Below, in pieces: positions 46,277-56,165 of a stretch of DNA of 64,000 nt. The stretch is taken from assembly GCA_964643435.1 (NCBI GenBank), contig CAZXPY010000001.1:74802-138801 (forward strand), read 5' to 3'. This stretch comes from an uncultured Gammaproteobacteria bacterium (GTDB taxonomy: Bacteria > Patescibacteriota > Microgenomatia > Woykebacterales > RBG-16-39-9b). A model generated the notes under the pieces. It was not told the DNA's origin. It made no database searches and was given only the letters and a program-made list of their open reading frames with translations. Within the stretch, counting starts at the first letter, position 1. Every line of letters starts with the position of its first letter. Position numbers and translations under genes: made by a program.

Positions 46277-47372
46277 AATTTTAATTTCATCACATTCCTA
46301 CGTTGTAGGATTAAATCAACAAAAAATAGAAGCTCTTTCCAAAATAGACGGCCTTAAGATTAGTTTAGTAGTACCAACTACTTGGAAAGCACCGCTACGT
46401 TACACCGAACTTGAAAAGAGAACCGCTAAAACTTACCAAATTATTCCTCTTAATACTCGTTTTAACGGAAATAACGACCGTTATTTTTTCCCGTTTTTTT
46501 CACTATTCAAAATTTTCTGGAGGCTACGTCCAAAAATTGTTCATATCGAAGAAGAACCTTGGTCAGTTTCTTTACTTGAATTTAGTTTTTTAAGTAGAAT
46601 TTTTGCGGCAAAAACTATTTTTTTTACTTGGGAGAATATTGAGCGACAACACCGGTTTTGGTATAAATTATTTGAGAAGATAAACTTAAAACTAGCTTCT
46701 GGCGCGATTGCCGGTAATAGAGAAGCCAAAGATCTATTACTAAAAAAAGGTTTTCAGAAACCTATTTTAGTCTTACCGCAACTTGGTGTAGATCTTAACT
46801 CCTTCAAGAGAGAAAAAGAAAAAAATGAAAAATTCACTATTGGTTTTGTTGGTAGATTTGAAGAGCAAAAGGGAGTAATGGTCTTGCTCGATGCTGTTAA
46901 ACAGTTGCCCTTCTCCTATAAACTTTTGCTGGTTGGAAGCGGACTCTTGAAAGAAAAAATTGATTTCTATATAAAAGAAAACAACTTATTAGATAAAGTA
47001 GAGTTGATTCAAGGAGTAACTCATAACCAAGTCCCTTCTTATCTAAGCAGAATGGATTTATTAGTTTTGCCTTCTCTAACAACTTCAGTTTGGAAGGAGC
47101 AGTTCGGCCATGTTTTAGTTGAAGCAATGGTTTCTAGTGTGCCCGTTATTGGTTCAGATAGTGGGGCTATTCCAGAAGTTATCGGAGACGCAGGACTTAT
47201 TTTTAAAGAAGGAAACAGCAATGACTTAGCAAAAAAAATAGAACAATTTTTTAGAAACAAGAATTTACGCGAAGAAATGATAAAAAAAGGATTGGAAAAA
47301 GTAAAGGAAAATTATACCCAAGAAAAAATCGCTGCGGAAACTTATAATTTCTATCAAAAGATTTTAATATAA
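46269..47372 (+). CDS. GT4 family glycosyltransferase
   Basis: ..EQFGHVLVEAMVSSVPVIGS... ATG 46269 (8-nt overlap with upstream gene) is preferred over track start 46203. Confidence 0.65.
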   Translation: MVRILISSHSYVVGLNQQKIEALSKIDGLKISLVVPTTWKAPLRYTELEKRTAKTYQIIPLNTRFNGNNDRYFFPFFSLFKIFWRLRPKIVHIEEEPWSVSLLEFSFLSRIFAAKTIFFTWENIERQHRFWYKLFEKINLKLASGAIAGNREAKDLLLKKGFQKPILVLPQLGVDLNSFKREKEKNEKFTIGFVGRFEEQKGVMVLLDAVKQLPFSYKLLLVGSGLLKEKIDFYIKENNLLDKVELIQGVTHNQVPSYLSRMDLLVLPSLTTSVWKEQFGHVLVEAMVSSVPVIGSDSGAIPEVIGDAGLIFKEGNSNDLAKKIEQFFRNKNLREEMIKKGLEKVKENYTQEKIAAETYNFYQKILI

Positions 47373-49175
47373 TTGATACCCAATAATATTTTCTTCATCG
47401 TAGAATTTCTTTGCTTTTAAAACATTTTCAATAAGATCGACACTTAGTCCTAGACTTCTTCTTCCTTCCTCGTAATATTTTTTATGAATTAGTATGTATT
47501 TTACCTTTAAATCTTTGAAGGTTTTTTGGACGATATCTCTATTTAAATCTTCTTCTAAAACTAATTGATTTCCCGGTTCGGCAAGATAATGGAGAAGAGG
47601 TATCTTTCGGTAATAAAAAACATTTTCTGCGGGGAGTCTAGCAACTGTGCCTCTAAATATCTTTTTTTGATGAACGCTTTGGTAAAACTGTAAACTGCCG
47701 ATTGGTCCGTAACCAAAAATAAAGTTTCCAGTATTCCAGCCAACCGGTAAATCTAAAATTACAAAATCACCACTTTCGCGAGCTATATCTTGATAAATCT
47801 TTGGGACAGTAAGGTTGGTTGTAGGAAGCGATGGTGTGTATTCTATCAATAATAGGCTTACGGTAATCGCAAAAATAATCAAACCCACTTTTTTCTTGGT
47901 TCTGGAAAGAATCTCTTTTAAAGAAAAGGCGGTTAGAATTGCCAGAGGCAACATTGTAAACGGGTGCATTCTAATCGGCTCTTGGATACCGCCGATAAAG
48001 GGTAATTTGTGGTAAAAAATAAAGGGAAGCAAGAAAAACTTGGTAGGATTCAGCTCAAATTGATTAAAAGTACTTCCACTCTCAAAAAAATGAAGCCTAG
48101 GACCAAGACTTAAAATAAAAAAAGAAAAGGCTAAAAAGTAGAAAAGACCCAACTGCTTTTTTTCCTCGATATTCTTTTTAAGTAGAAAAAAGACATAAAT
48201 TAGTACTAAAAATAAAACAGTGTAGCCGATATATAGTGTACCTTCTGTACTACTGATGGCAGATGGAGCTTTCGAAAATTTATTAAGCAGAGGATTTCCC
48301 GCCCAAGGAAAGAGAAAATAAGAAATATCCGCACCGTAAACGTTTTGAACACTTAAGGAAACGCCAGGATGGAATCCCTCTTTTATGGTTTTAAAAGCAG
48401 CCAAAGCAAAAGGTGAAAAAATCACTAGGAAAGTAATGCCGGCGGTTACTAAACGTTTTAACGTAGAGGTCGAAAGCAGTTCTTTACCCCAAAAAATAAA
48501 ATAATAAAAAATAACCAGTAATGTTAAAAACATTGTGAAGGAAGTGTAGGTTAGATCATTAAGTCCCTGAAGACCAAAAAATAATCCTGTAAAAAAAGCA
48601 TTTTTGTAACTACCCTCCTTTAAAGTTTTCAATAGAAAAAGTAAATAAAAAGGAGTAAACCAGGCAGTAATTAAATTTGTATGGTAATCACCGCTTTGCG
48701 CAAAAATATAAGGAAAAAAAGCGAAGACCAAACCGGCAAAAAAGGAAGCGAGTTTTGATTTTGTTAAATAAAATGACAAAAAAAAGGTACCTAAACCTGA
48801 CAAGACAAAACCAATATAAAAAATAATATTAGAGGCAGCTATCAAGCCGAATAAAAATTGAAACGGCAGCGAAAAAATAGCATTGGTAAAGGTATGAATA
48901 TCAAAGGTTCGATTTATAACTTGAGGATAAAAAATATAATCCGTATAAAAGGGATTTTGCCTTAAATCCAATACTGAGAATTTAAACCACCACAAGTACC
49001 AGACATGGGTTGGACTATCCTCATCCACCCCTGGAATATTGGTAGTAAATTTAAATATGAGCGGAAAAGTAAAAAATATTGCGAGAAGTAAATAAATAAG
49101 AGAAATAATAAGTAAATGACGGTTAGCATTAAGTTTTTCAACTATTTTCACTGAATTAGTATACTTTTCTTTCAC
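47364..49175 (-). CDS. Large polytopic membrane protein, GT-C-like putative glycosyltransferase (paralog of 37913..40033)
   Basis: 603 aa with many TM helices; convergent with the upstream GT4, stop codons overlapping by 9 nt. Confidence 0.4.
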   Translation of the reverse strand: MKEKYTNSVKIVEKLNANRHLLIISLIYLLLAIFFTFPLIFKFTTNIPGVDEDSPTHVWYLWWFKFSVLDLRQNPFYTDYIFYPQVINRTFDIHTFTNAIFSLPFQFLFGLIAASNIIFYIGFVLSGLGTFFLSFYLTKSKLASFFAGLVFAFFPYIFAQSGDYHTNLITAWFTPFYLLFLLKTLKEGSYKNAFFTGLFFGLQGLNDLTYTSFTMFLTLLVIFYYFIFWGKELLSTSTLKRLVTAGITFLVIFSPFALAAFKTIKEGFHPGVSLSVQNVYGADISYFLFPWAGNPLLNKFSKAPSAISSTEGTLYIGYTVLFLVLIYVFFLLKKNIEEKKQLGLFYFLAFSFFILSLGPRLHFFESGSTFNQFELNPTKFFLLPFIFYHKLPFIGGIQEPIRMHPFTMLPLAILTAFSLKEILSRTKKKVGLIIFAITVSLLLIEYTPSLPTTNLTVPKIYQDIARESGDFVILDLPVGWNTGNFIFGYGPIGSLQFYQSVHQKKIFRGTVARLPAENVFYYRKIPLLHYLAEPGNQLVLEEDLNRDIVQKTFKDLKVKYILIHKKYYEEGRRSLGLSVDLIENVLKAKKFYDEENIIGYQLY

Positions 49176-49213
49176 TAGTCCTTCAAGGACTTTAAATATT
49201 GTAAAATAAACCT

Positions 49214-50695
49214 ATGATAAGGTTTTGGCGGAAGAATTGGCTTTTTGGTTGCTTATTGATTATTTTTTTTGTCGCCTACACATACCTTACTTTAACGCTG
49301 CATTATCGCTTTAACACAACTGATGCGGATCTCGCAATTTATGATCAACATGTTTGGTTTCTTTCTAGGGGAGATTTTTTGGGTTACGGTGGTACCTTCA
49401 AACCTTTCAATATTTTTGGTGATCATCTTATTTTACATTTTTTTTGGATAGCCCCACTTTATAGAATTTTTGCTGATGCAAAGATCCTGATAATAATTCA
49501 AAATCTAGCAATAGTAGGTAGCGCGATACCACTTTATCTTATTGCTAAAGAGAGTTGGAAGGATTTGGTTGCAACACTATTTTTTGTTGCTTCTTACTTA
49601 CTTTTCTACGGATTTCAAGCCGCAAGTATTTTTCCTTTTCATGGTACCACATTAAGCGTCTTCTTTATTTCTTGGCTACTATTTTTTATGTATAAAAAAC
49701 AATGGAGGTTGTTTTTCTTATTTTTAATCCTTTCTTTAGCAGCCAAAGAAGACGTTGCGACCTTTACTTTCTTTATTGGACTATATCTAATTTTTATTCA
49801 AAGAAATCTTAAAATCGGAATTATTACTTCTTTACTAAGTGTTGCTTGGTTTTATCTTAGTATTTTCAAGATAATGCCTTTCTTTGCTGCTGGTAGGCCC
49901 TACGCTTATTTTGTTGAGAGCCAGAACCAGAAATTGTTGAATCCTGTTAGATTAATCGCAGAGATGTTTTTTCCTTGGGTGAAAACGAGAACCCTGTTTT
50001 CGCTGTTTGGTTCTTTTGGTTTTCTCCCCTTATTTGCTCCTCTACAATTAGCTCTTAGCTTTCCTTTTTTGGTAGCTAGGTTTACTTCGACGACAATTCA
50101 AAGATGGCTTCCTTGGATGCACTATAGTACTAACCAGGCACCAATTTTAGGATTCGCCGCTATATTTGGATTGGTAAATTTATATGCCATCTTAAAAAAA
50201 TTCAATATCTTAAAATTTTTAGTAGCAAGTAGAATTAATTTTTATCGATATCTAACTTTAGCAACACTGCTCGCAACTACTGTAATTGGTTTTTATTACA
50301 AGATGCCCTTATATAAATTATTTGATATTAGCTTTTATAAGGAACCCCCGGGTGTCAGTACAATCAGAGAAGCACTTACAATAATCCCTAAAGATGGGGA
50401 AATATCAGTAGCAACCCAATCAGGGCTTCTGCCTCATCTCTCTCACCGAAGGAAAATCCATATGTATCCTCATCCCGCTTATTCAAACCCACCAATTGGT
50501 GAGGATTTAGGTGATGATGCTTCAATTGAAAAATACGCTATTCCAAACGTGGATTACATTATACTTTCAAAGTATGCGTTTCACTGGCGGCCAACGAACA
50601 CTCGTTTTGAGGAGGTTATAAATTTTATAAAAAAGCAACCAAATTACAAAGTACTATTCGAAAAAGAGGGAACTTTGGTAGTTAAAAAAGTATAA
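49214..50695 (+). CDS. Polytopic membrane protein, DUF2079-like
   Basis: N-terminal ..TTDADLAIYDQHVWFLSRGD.. resembles the DLGIFDQ signature of the DUF2079 membrane protein family; about 12 TM helices. Confidence 0.35.
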   Translation: MIRFWRKNWLFGCLLIIFFVAYTYLTLTLHYRFNTTDADLAIYDQHVWFLSRGDFLGYGGTFKPFNIFGDHLILHFFWIAPLYRIFADAKILIIIQNLAIVGSAIPLYLIAKESWKDLVATLFFVASYLLFYGFQAASIFPFHGTTLSVFFISWLLFFMYKKQWRLFFLFLILSLAAKEDVATFTFFIGLYLIFIQRNLKIGIITSLLSVAWFYLSIFKIMPFFAAGRPYAYFVESQNQKLLNPVRLIAEMFFPWVKTRTLFSLFGSFGFLPLFAPLQLALSFPFLVARFTSTTIQRWLPWMHYSTNQAPILGFAAIFGLVNLYAILKKFNILKFLVASRINFYRYLTLATLLATTVIGFYYKMPLYKLFDISFYKEPPGVSTIREALTIIPKDGEISVATQSGLLPHLSHRRKIHMYPHPAYSNPPIGEDLGDDASIEKYAIPNVDYIILSKYAFHWRPTNTRFEEVINFIKKQPNYKVLFEKEGTLVVKKV

Positions 50696-50713
50696 AATAT
50701 ATTTTTACCGGGT

Positions 50714-51427
50714 TTACTTAGCTTTAGCGGTCATTAAGAGAAATGGGAGTAATGGTTTGATCGGCATAATTTTCTCCGCAAAGTTGTCAAGATAGAAACC
50801 GATCCGGCTATTAACGATAAACGGGGGGAAAAACCCAAAATATCTAAAATTGGTTACTTCGAACCCATTATCAGAAAGTTTTCTAGTTATGTTGGCTTTA
50901 GTCATATTCAAAATTCCTTTTTCTCCTTCCCAACTCATATCTTTCGAAAGTGTAAATTGGAGATAATAAAGTAGGTTAAACAAATTAGGTTCAATAAAAC
51001 CAACTTGACCATTTTTTTTGAGGCGGCGATGAATACTTTCAAAACTTTTATCAAGATTTTCTAAATGATGGAGAATGAAGAAACCGATAATAGCGTCAAA
51101 CTTTTTATTTGTAAAATTGGATAACTTCTCAACGTCTCCCTTAATTAAAGTAAGATTTGGGTTTTTTCCCGCAAACTTACGGAAGCGCTCCAACATATCC
51201 TCTGATAGATCAATTCCAGTGATTTTCAAACCCTTCTCCAATAAAGAAAATGTAAATCTCCCCATCCCAACGCCTATTTCTAGGATATCATCATTAGGTT
51301 TTAAATTTAGGCTAGAAGCGAGCAAACCCGAAAGTTTATTTGTATAATTACTTAATTTTGGAATAAGATATTGGTGATCTTTTTGATACAATAGTTTTTG
51401 ATATTCTTTTTGCGATATTTTTTTCAC
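50714..51427 (-). CDS. Class I SAM-dependent methyltransferase
   Basis: ILEIGVGMGRFT motif I; DxxxxDAI. Confidence 0.65.
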   Translation of the reverse strand: MKKISQKEYQKLLYQKDHQYLIPKLSNYTNKLSGLLASSLNLKPNDDILEIGVGMGRFTFSLLEKGLKITGIDLSEDMLERFRKFAGKNPNLTLIKGDVEKLSNFTNKKFDAIIGFFILHHLENLDKSFESIHRRLKKNGQVGFIEPNLFNLLYYLQFTLSKDMSWEGEKGILNMTKANITRKLSDNGFEVTNFRYFGFFPPFIVNSRIGFYLDNFAEKIMPIKPLLPFLLMTAKAK

Positions 51428-51431
51428 GGCT

Positions 51432-53036
51432 ATGCAAAAAATTTTGAACGCTAGTTACGAAAAAGCTTTTTATATTATTCTTTTTATAGTAACAGTTATT
51501 TTCTTAAAAATTAACTCCACCTATAGTTTTATTGGAAGGGGAGATTACGCAAATTACGCTACTGTGGCAAGAAATTTAGTTGTAGGTCGTGGGTTTACGG
51601 TTGATTTTATTGCCCAATATTTTATTCCCTACGAGAGCGTTCATCACCCGGAAGATATGTGGCCACTGCTTCAGAGCGTATGGATGGCGGCTAGCTTTTT
51701 AATCTTCGGTGTTAATCAATTTTCGGCGAGACTACCAAACGTCATTTTTCTTGCTTTTCTTTCGTTAGCTTCATATTTCATCGCTAGAAAGCTATTTAAT
51801 AAACAAATCGCTTTTTGGGCAGGAATATTAACTCTCCTAAATACAAACCTAATTCTTTATTCAACCGAACTAATAACCAGCGATGTTGCTTTTGCGGCCT
51901 TTTCATTGATAATTTTCTACTTGGGTTCATTGCTTATTATTGAATTAAGAGATGGAGGAACAAGTTACAAAAAATTCTTTCTTTTCGGAATATTGAATGG
52001 TTTAGCGGTTTTACAAAAACCCCTGGCTATTATTTATTTGCCCCTTTATTTAGTTATTTTTGCAATTGTCGCTCGCAAAAAAATAAAACTAATTTTTAAA
52101 CCAGTTGTTTTTTCTTTGATCGGAGCTTTAATTTTTACCGCACCATTTTTTATAAGAAATTTAAGATTATTTGGAACATTTCTGCTACCAGTCGAAAACT
52201 ACCTTTCCTACCTGATTAAATACACCCCTTACGAAGCTATCTTTAGTATTTACTATGATAAGTTACCTTCGTTTAGGACAGCTCTGGAGGGAGGTTTTAT
52301 TAATTTCTTAAAGATTAATTTCACCTATTTTCGGTTTGGAGTAGATACTTTTGTTTATAAAGACTTGTTAATTCCTTATACAGTAATAGTTTTAAGTTTA
52401 TTGGGAATTGGTATTTTAAAAACTAGAGAGCAGAAGTCTTTCTTTTTCACGCCAATAATATTTTTTTTAATTTTTTCGGCGGTTATGACTTTTTATTGGC
52501 ACTACGAATCTCGTTATTACGCCTCGTTTATCCCACTTGCTAATATGTTGGCTGTATACGCTCTTTTTGTCTTTGTTGAAAAGTTTTCAAATCCTTCGAA
52601 GGTTATTATTATCGTAATTTTAGCTTTAATTACTTTTCTGCCAAGTATTAAATCAATTTACCTTGGACTGGGTAAAAAACCAATTGATCCTTCCTTGAGG
52701 GCATATGAATGGATTAGAGATAACACACCAAAAGAAGCGGTAATTTACGGTTTAGGACCTTGGGAACTCCACTATCATTCTGAAAGAGCAGCGCTAATGA
52801 TACCATACAATGGGTTCGGGGACATTTTGTATATGGCGAAAAAACATCAGGTTAATTATCTTGTCCTTGAATTTTTGAAAGAAATAAAACGTCCCGCTCT
52901 TGAAGATTTATATACAGGCAAAGAAACCGAAGTTTTCAGCCGTATTTATCAAGATCCAGAAAAGGTGCTTATTTACAAAATTAATTGGGAAAAAGTTAAT
53001 CTGGAAAGCTATCCAAAACCAGAATGGTTCAAATAA
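51432..53036 (+). CDS. GT-C membrane glycosyltransferase, ArnT/PMT_2-like (GT39/GT83)
   Basis: ..DMWPLLQSVWMAASFLIFGVNQFSARLPNVIFLAFLSLASYFIARKLF.. matches the ArnT/PMT N-terminal loop-TM signature; 534 aa. Confidence 0.6.
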   Translation: MQKILNASYEKAFYIILFIVTVIFLKINSTYSFIGRGDYANYATVARNLVVGRGFTVDFIAQYFIPYESVHHPEDMWPLLQSVWMAASFLIFGVNQFSARLPNVIFLAFLSLASYFIARKLFNKQIAFWAGILTLLNTNLILYSTELITSDVAFAAFSLIIFYLGSLLIIELRDGGTSYKKFFLFGILNGLAVLQKPLAIIYLPLYLVIFAIVARKKIKLIFKPVVFSLIGALIFTAPFFIRNLRLFGTFLLPVENYLSYLIKYTPYEAIFSIYYDKLPSFRTALEGGFINFLKINFTYFRFGVDTFVYKDLLIPYTVIVLSLLGIGILKTREQKSFFFTPIIFFLIFSAVMTFYWHYESRYYASFIPLANMLAVYALFVFVEKFSNPSKVIIIVILALITFLPSIKSIYLGLGKKPIDPSLRAYEWIRDNTPKEAVIYGLGPWELHYHSERAALMIPYNGFGDILYMAKKHQVNYLVLEFLKEIKRPALEDLYTGKETEVFSRIYQDPEKVLIYKINWEKVNLESYPKPEWFK

Positions 53037-53762
53037 ATGAGAAATCAATCCCTTTCGATAATTGTCCCTGTCTTTAACGAAGAATCAAGAATAGAAAAGG
53101 CAATAAGCGAATTAGAAAAATATCTTTCAGGTCAAAATTTTTCCAGCCAAGTAATTTTTGTTGACGACGGGAGTAATGATAAAACTTTGAAAAAAATAAA
53201 AGAGCTAAAACCGAAACTCTATTTTGAGGTAATTTCTTATAAACCTAACAGGGGAAAAGGTTATGCTATAAAACAAGGAGTAGCAAACGCACGTGCAGAT
53301 TATCTTCTCTTTTGTGATGTAGATATGTCGACACCTCTTAATGAATTTAATAAATTTCTGCCTTTTATTAGGAAAAAAATACCGGTTATTATTGGAACTA
53401 GGAAAGCCGCGGGCGCAAAAATAATAAAAAGACAACCATATTTGCGTCAGAAAATGGGGGAGGTCTTTACAATGCTTTCTAATATTTTGTTGCGCAGCAG
53501 TGTCAGTGATTTTACCTGTGGGTTTAAGTGCTTTTCTAGAAGAGCAGCCGAGAAAATCTTTTCGCTCTCTACTATTAATCGTTGGTCCTATGACAGTGAA
53601 ATTCTATTTCTCGCCAACAAGCTTGGGTTTAAAATAATAGAAGTTCCGGTAGTTTGGAAAAATGATAGTCGGACAAAGGTTAATTTAACTAAGGATATTA
53701 TCCAATCTTTTACTGATTTACTAAGAATTAGATTAAATGATAGGTTGGGACATTATGATTAA
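53037..53762 (+). CDS. GT2 polyprenyl-phosphate sugar synthase (Dpm1/ArnC-like)
   Basis: SIIVPVFNEESRIE, VDDGSNDKT, DVDMS. Confidence 0.75.
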   Translation: MRNQSLSIIVPVFNEESRIEKAISELEKYLSGQNFSSQVIFVDDGSNDKTLKKIKELKPKLYFEVISYKPNRGKGYAIKQGVANARADYLLFCDVDMSTPLNEFNKFLPFIRKKIPVIIGTRKAAGAKIIKRQPYLRQKMGEVFTMLSNILLRSSVSDFTCGFKCFSRRAAEKIFSLSTINRWSYDSEILFLANKLGFKIIEVPVVWKNDSRTKVNLTKDIIQSFTDLLRIRLNDRLGHYD

Positions 53763-55065
53763 GAAAATTACCAAAAAAGAGTTTCTATTCCTTCTTACCC
53801 CCCTTGTTTTAGGCGCAGTAATTCTCTTTTTTAAACTTGGTAGTTTATTTCAAAATTTAAATGGAGATGAATATGCTTTTTTGCTGATCTCAGAACAGTT
53901 AAAAGGGGAACCATACTTACCATATCTCATCTGGCCTAAAGATTTGGGTTCAACTCATACTTTATTGCCCTATTTAATACAAATACCGATAGCTTTTTTT
54001 GGAATAACTAATTTTGCGGTTCGGTTTATTCCCGCTCTATTTGGATTATTGGGAATAATTACCTTTTATTTACTTTTACGCAATTTATTTGAAAGTTCCC
54101 AGATAGCCTTTATCGGAGCTACTTTACTAGCACTAACACGTTGGTACTTTACTATATCCAGATTAACCTACGAATTATCAGAAATGCTTTTCTTTGCCAT
54201 AGCTAATCTGTTATTTTTAGTTTTGTTTTTAAAAGCAAAAGACGAAAAATTTAAATTTAAAAATTTAACTGTTAAAAAGAGCTTTGTATATGTTTTTCTT
54301 GTTGGTCTGACTTTAGGTCTTCTGCAACACTCTTACGCGGCAGCAAGAATTTACCCTTTTCTTTATCTAATATTATTTATTTTTTACTTTCTTTATAAAA
54401 GGAAAAAATTTTTAGAAAACGTGATAAATTTTTTTCTTTTTTCAATCGCTTTTTTAATAATTATCTCTCCTTTAATTTATGTTTGGCTCAAACACCCAAA
54501 TGCTTTTGATGCCCGTGGTGCAGAACTCGTTTTTGCCCAAAACCTCTCTTTTAATGATTTAATTTGGTCGCTGAAACAATCTACTTTACGCACTTTAGGG
54601 ATGTTTCAGCTAAGAGGAAGCGATGTTAGTTGTTATAATCTTCCGAACCTGCCGATGCTTGACCCTTTAAGCGGTTTTCTTTTCCTGGTGGGATTAATCT
54701 TATCTTTTACTACTCTTAGACCGGTATATTCTTTTGTATTTCTGGCTTTTCTACTTTTTTCACTGCTGCCAAGCATTTTAAGCTACTGGCCAGCCACTCC
54801 GCAAGGATTGCGGGCTGCTGGCTCAATCGTTCCAATTGTTTTGTACACGACAATTGGGTTAGAAACTGTGGCTAAACTTTTTAAAAAGTATTATATTCAC
54901 ATCATTGTTGTGGTTATTTCAGTAATTGCGATCGTTAATTTACAGATTTATTTCAGATATCAACCGCAGTTACAAGATGATTGTTTTAAATCTAAAGTAG
55001 AAAATTTTGAGGACTTCAAAAAACACTTTCTTAAAGAAACCGGCAGTGTTAAATTTATAAGATGA
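53737..55065 (+). CDS. GT-C membrane glycosyltransferase, ArnT/PMT_2-like
   Basis: ..NGDEYAFLLISEQL.. ..PYLIQIPIAFFGITNFAVRFIPALFGLLGIITFYLLLRNLF..; 442 aa. Confidence 0.5.
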   Translation: MIGWDIMIKKITKKEFLFLLTPLVLGAVILFFKLGSLFQNLNGDEYAFLLISEQLKGEPYLPYLIWPKDLGSTHTLLPYLIQIPIAFFGITNFAVRFIPALFGLLGIITFYLLLRNLFESSQIAFIGATLLALTRWYFTISRLTYELSEMLFFAIANLLFLVLFLKAKDEKFKFKNLTVKKSFVYVFLVGLTLGLLQHSYAAARIYPFLYLILFIFYFLYKRKKFLENVINFFLFSIAFLIIISPLIYVWLKHPNAFDARGAELVFAQNLSFNDLIWSLKQSTLRTLGMFQLRGSDVSCYNLPNLPMLDPLSGFLFLVGLILSFTTLRPVYSFVFLAFLLFSLLPSILSYWPATPQGLRAAGSIVPIVLYTTIGLETVAKLFKKYYIHIIVVVISVIAIVNLQIYFRYQPQLQDDCFKSKVENFEDFKKHFLKETGSVKFIR

Positions 55066-56165
55066 AAAATTTGATTAAGTTATCAACTCCAATTATTGGT
55101 AAGGAAGAAATAAATGGAATAGCAGCAGTTTTGAAGAATGGTCAAATCTCCCAAGGTCCTTACGTTGAAGCATTCGAAAGAGAGTTTAGTCGCTTTGTTG
55201 GTGCGAAATATGCGGTCGCGGTTTCTTCGGGAACAGCCGCTTTGCATCTAACCCTTTTAGCCTTAGATATAAAAAAAGGCGACGAAGTTATAACGACTCC
55301 TTTTTCTTTCATTGCCACAGCAAACTCTATTACTTACACCGGTGCCAGGCCAGTATTTGTAGATATTGACGAAACTTTCAACCTTAAACCTGGTTCTGTT
55401 GAAAAGAAAATTACAAAAAATACAAAAGCAATTTTGGTGGTTCATCTTTTTGGTTTACCAGCGGATATAAAAACTATTAATAAAATTGCCAAAAAATACA
55501 ATTTAAAAATAATTGAAGATGCCTCTCAGGCTCACGGTGCAAAAATTGGTAATAGATATATTGGAACTTTTGGTAACGCCGCTTGTTTTTCCTTTTACGC
55601 GACTAAGAATATTACTACTGGCGAGGGCGGTATGGTTGTAACTAACGAAAAAAAATTAGCGGAAAAAATTAGGAACTTAAGAAATCATGGTCGAAACAAA
55701 AAGGGACAGTATTCTATTTTGGGTTATAATTTTCGAATGAACGAAATACAAGCAGCATTAGGGTCCGCTCAATTGAAAAAACTTAAAACCAATAATCACC
55801 AAAGAATAAAAAATGCAATTTATTTAAGTAACTCTTTAAAAGATATCAAAGGAATTATTTTACCGACAGTTCCTGGCGGATTCACTCATGTTTTTCACCA
55901 ATACACACTAGTAGTAACCCCCCTAGTAAAAAAGACAAGAGAAGAAATCGTAGAATCAATGAATAAAAGTGGGATTGAAGTGGGAATTTTCTATAATCCG
56001 CCTATCCACAAACAACCTCTTTACAAAAAATTAGGCTACAGAGATAAATTACCAGTTGCTGAAAGATTTTCAAGAGAAGTTTTATCATTACCAATCCATC
56101 CTTTAATTACTAAAAAAGATCTGGATTATATAGCGAGATCTTTTAGGGAGTCTTTAAATGAATAA
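55062..56165 (+). CDS. DegT/ArnB/WbpE-like PLP-dependent sugar aminotransferase
   Basis: ..AVSSGTAALHL.., ..CFSFYATKNITTGEGGMV.. (Lys of the internal aldimine); 367 aa. Confidence 0.8.
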   Translation: MKNLIKLSTPIIGKEEINGIAAVLKNGQISQGPYVEAFEREFSRFVGAKYAVAVSSGTAALHLTLLALDIKKGDEVITTPFSFIATANSITYTGARPVFVDIDETFNLKPGSVEKKITKNTKAILVVHLFGLPADIKTINKIAKKYNLKIIEDASQAHGAKIGNRYIGTFGNAACFSFYATKNITTGEGGMVVTNEKKLAEKIRNLRNHGRNKKGQYSILGYNFRMNEIQAALGSAQLKKLKTNNHQRIKNAIYLSNSLKDIKGIILPTVPGGFTHVFHQYTLVVTPLVKKTREEIVESMNKSGIEVGIFYNPPIHKQPLYKKLGYRDKLPVAERFSREVLSLPIHPLITKKDLDYIARSFRESLNE

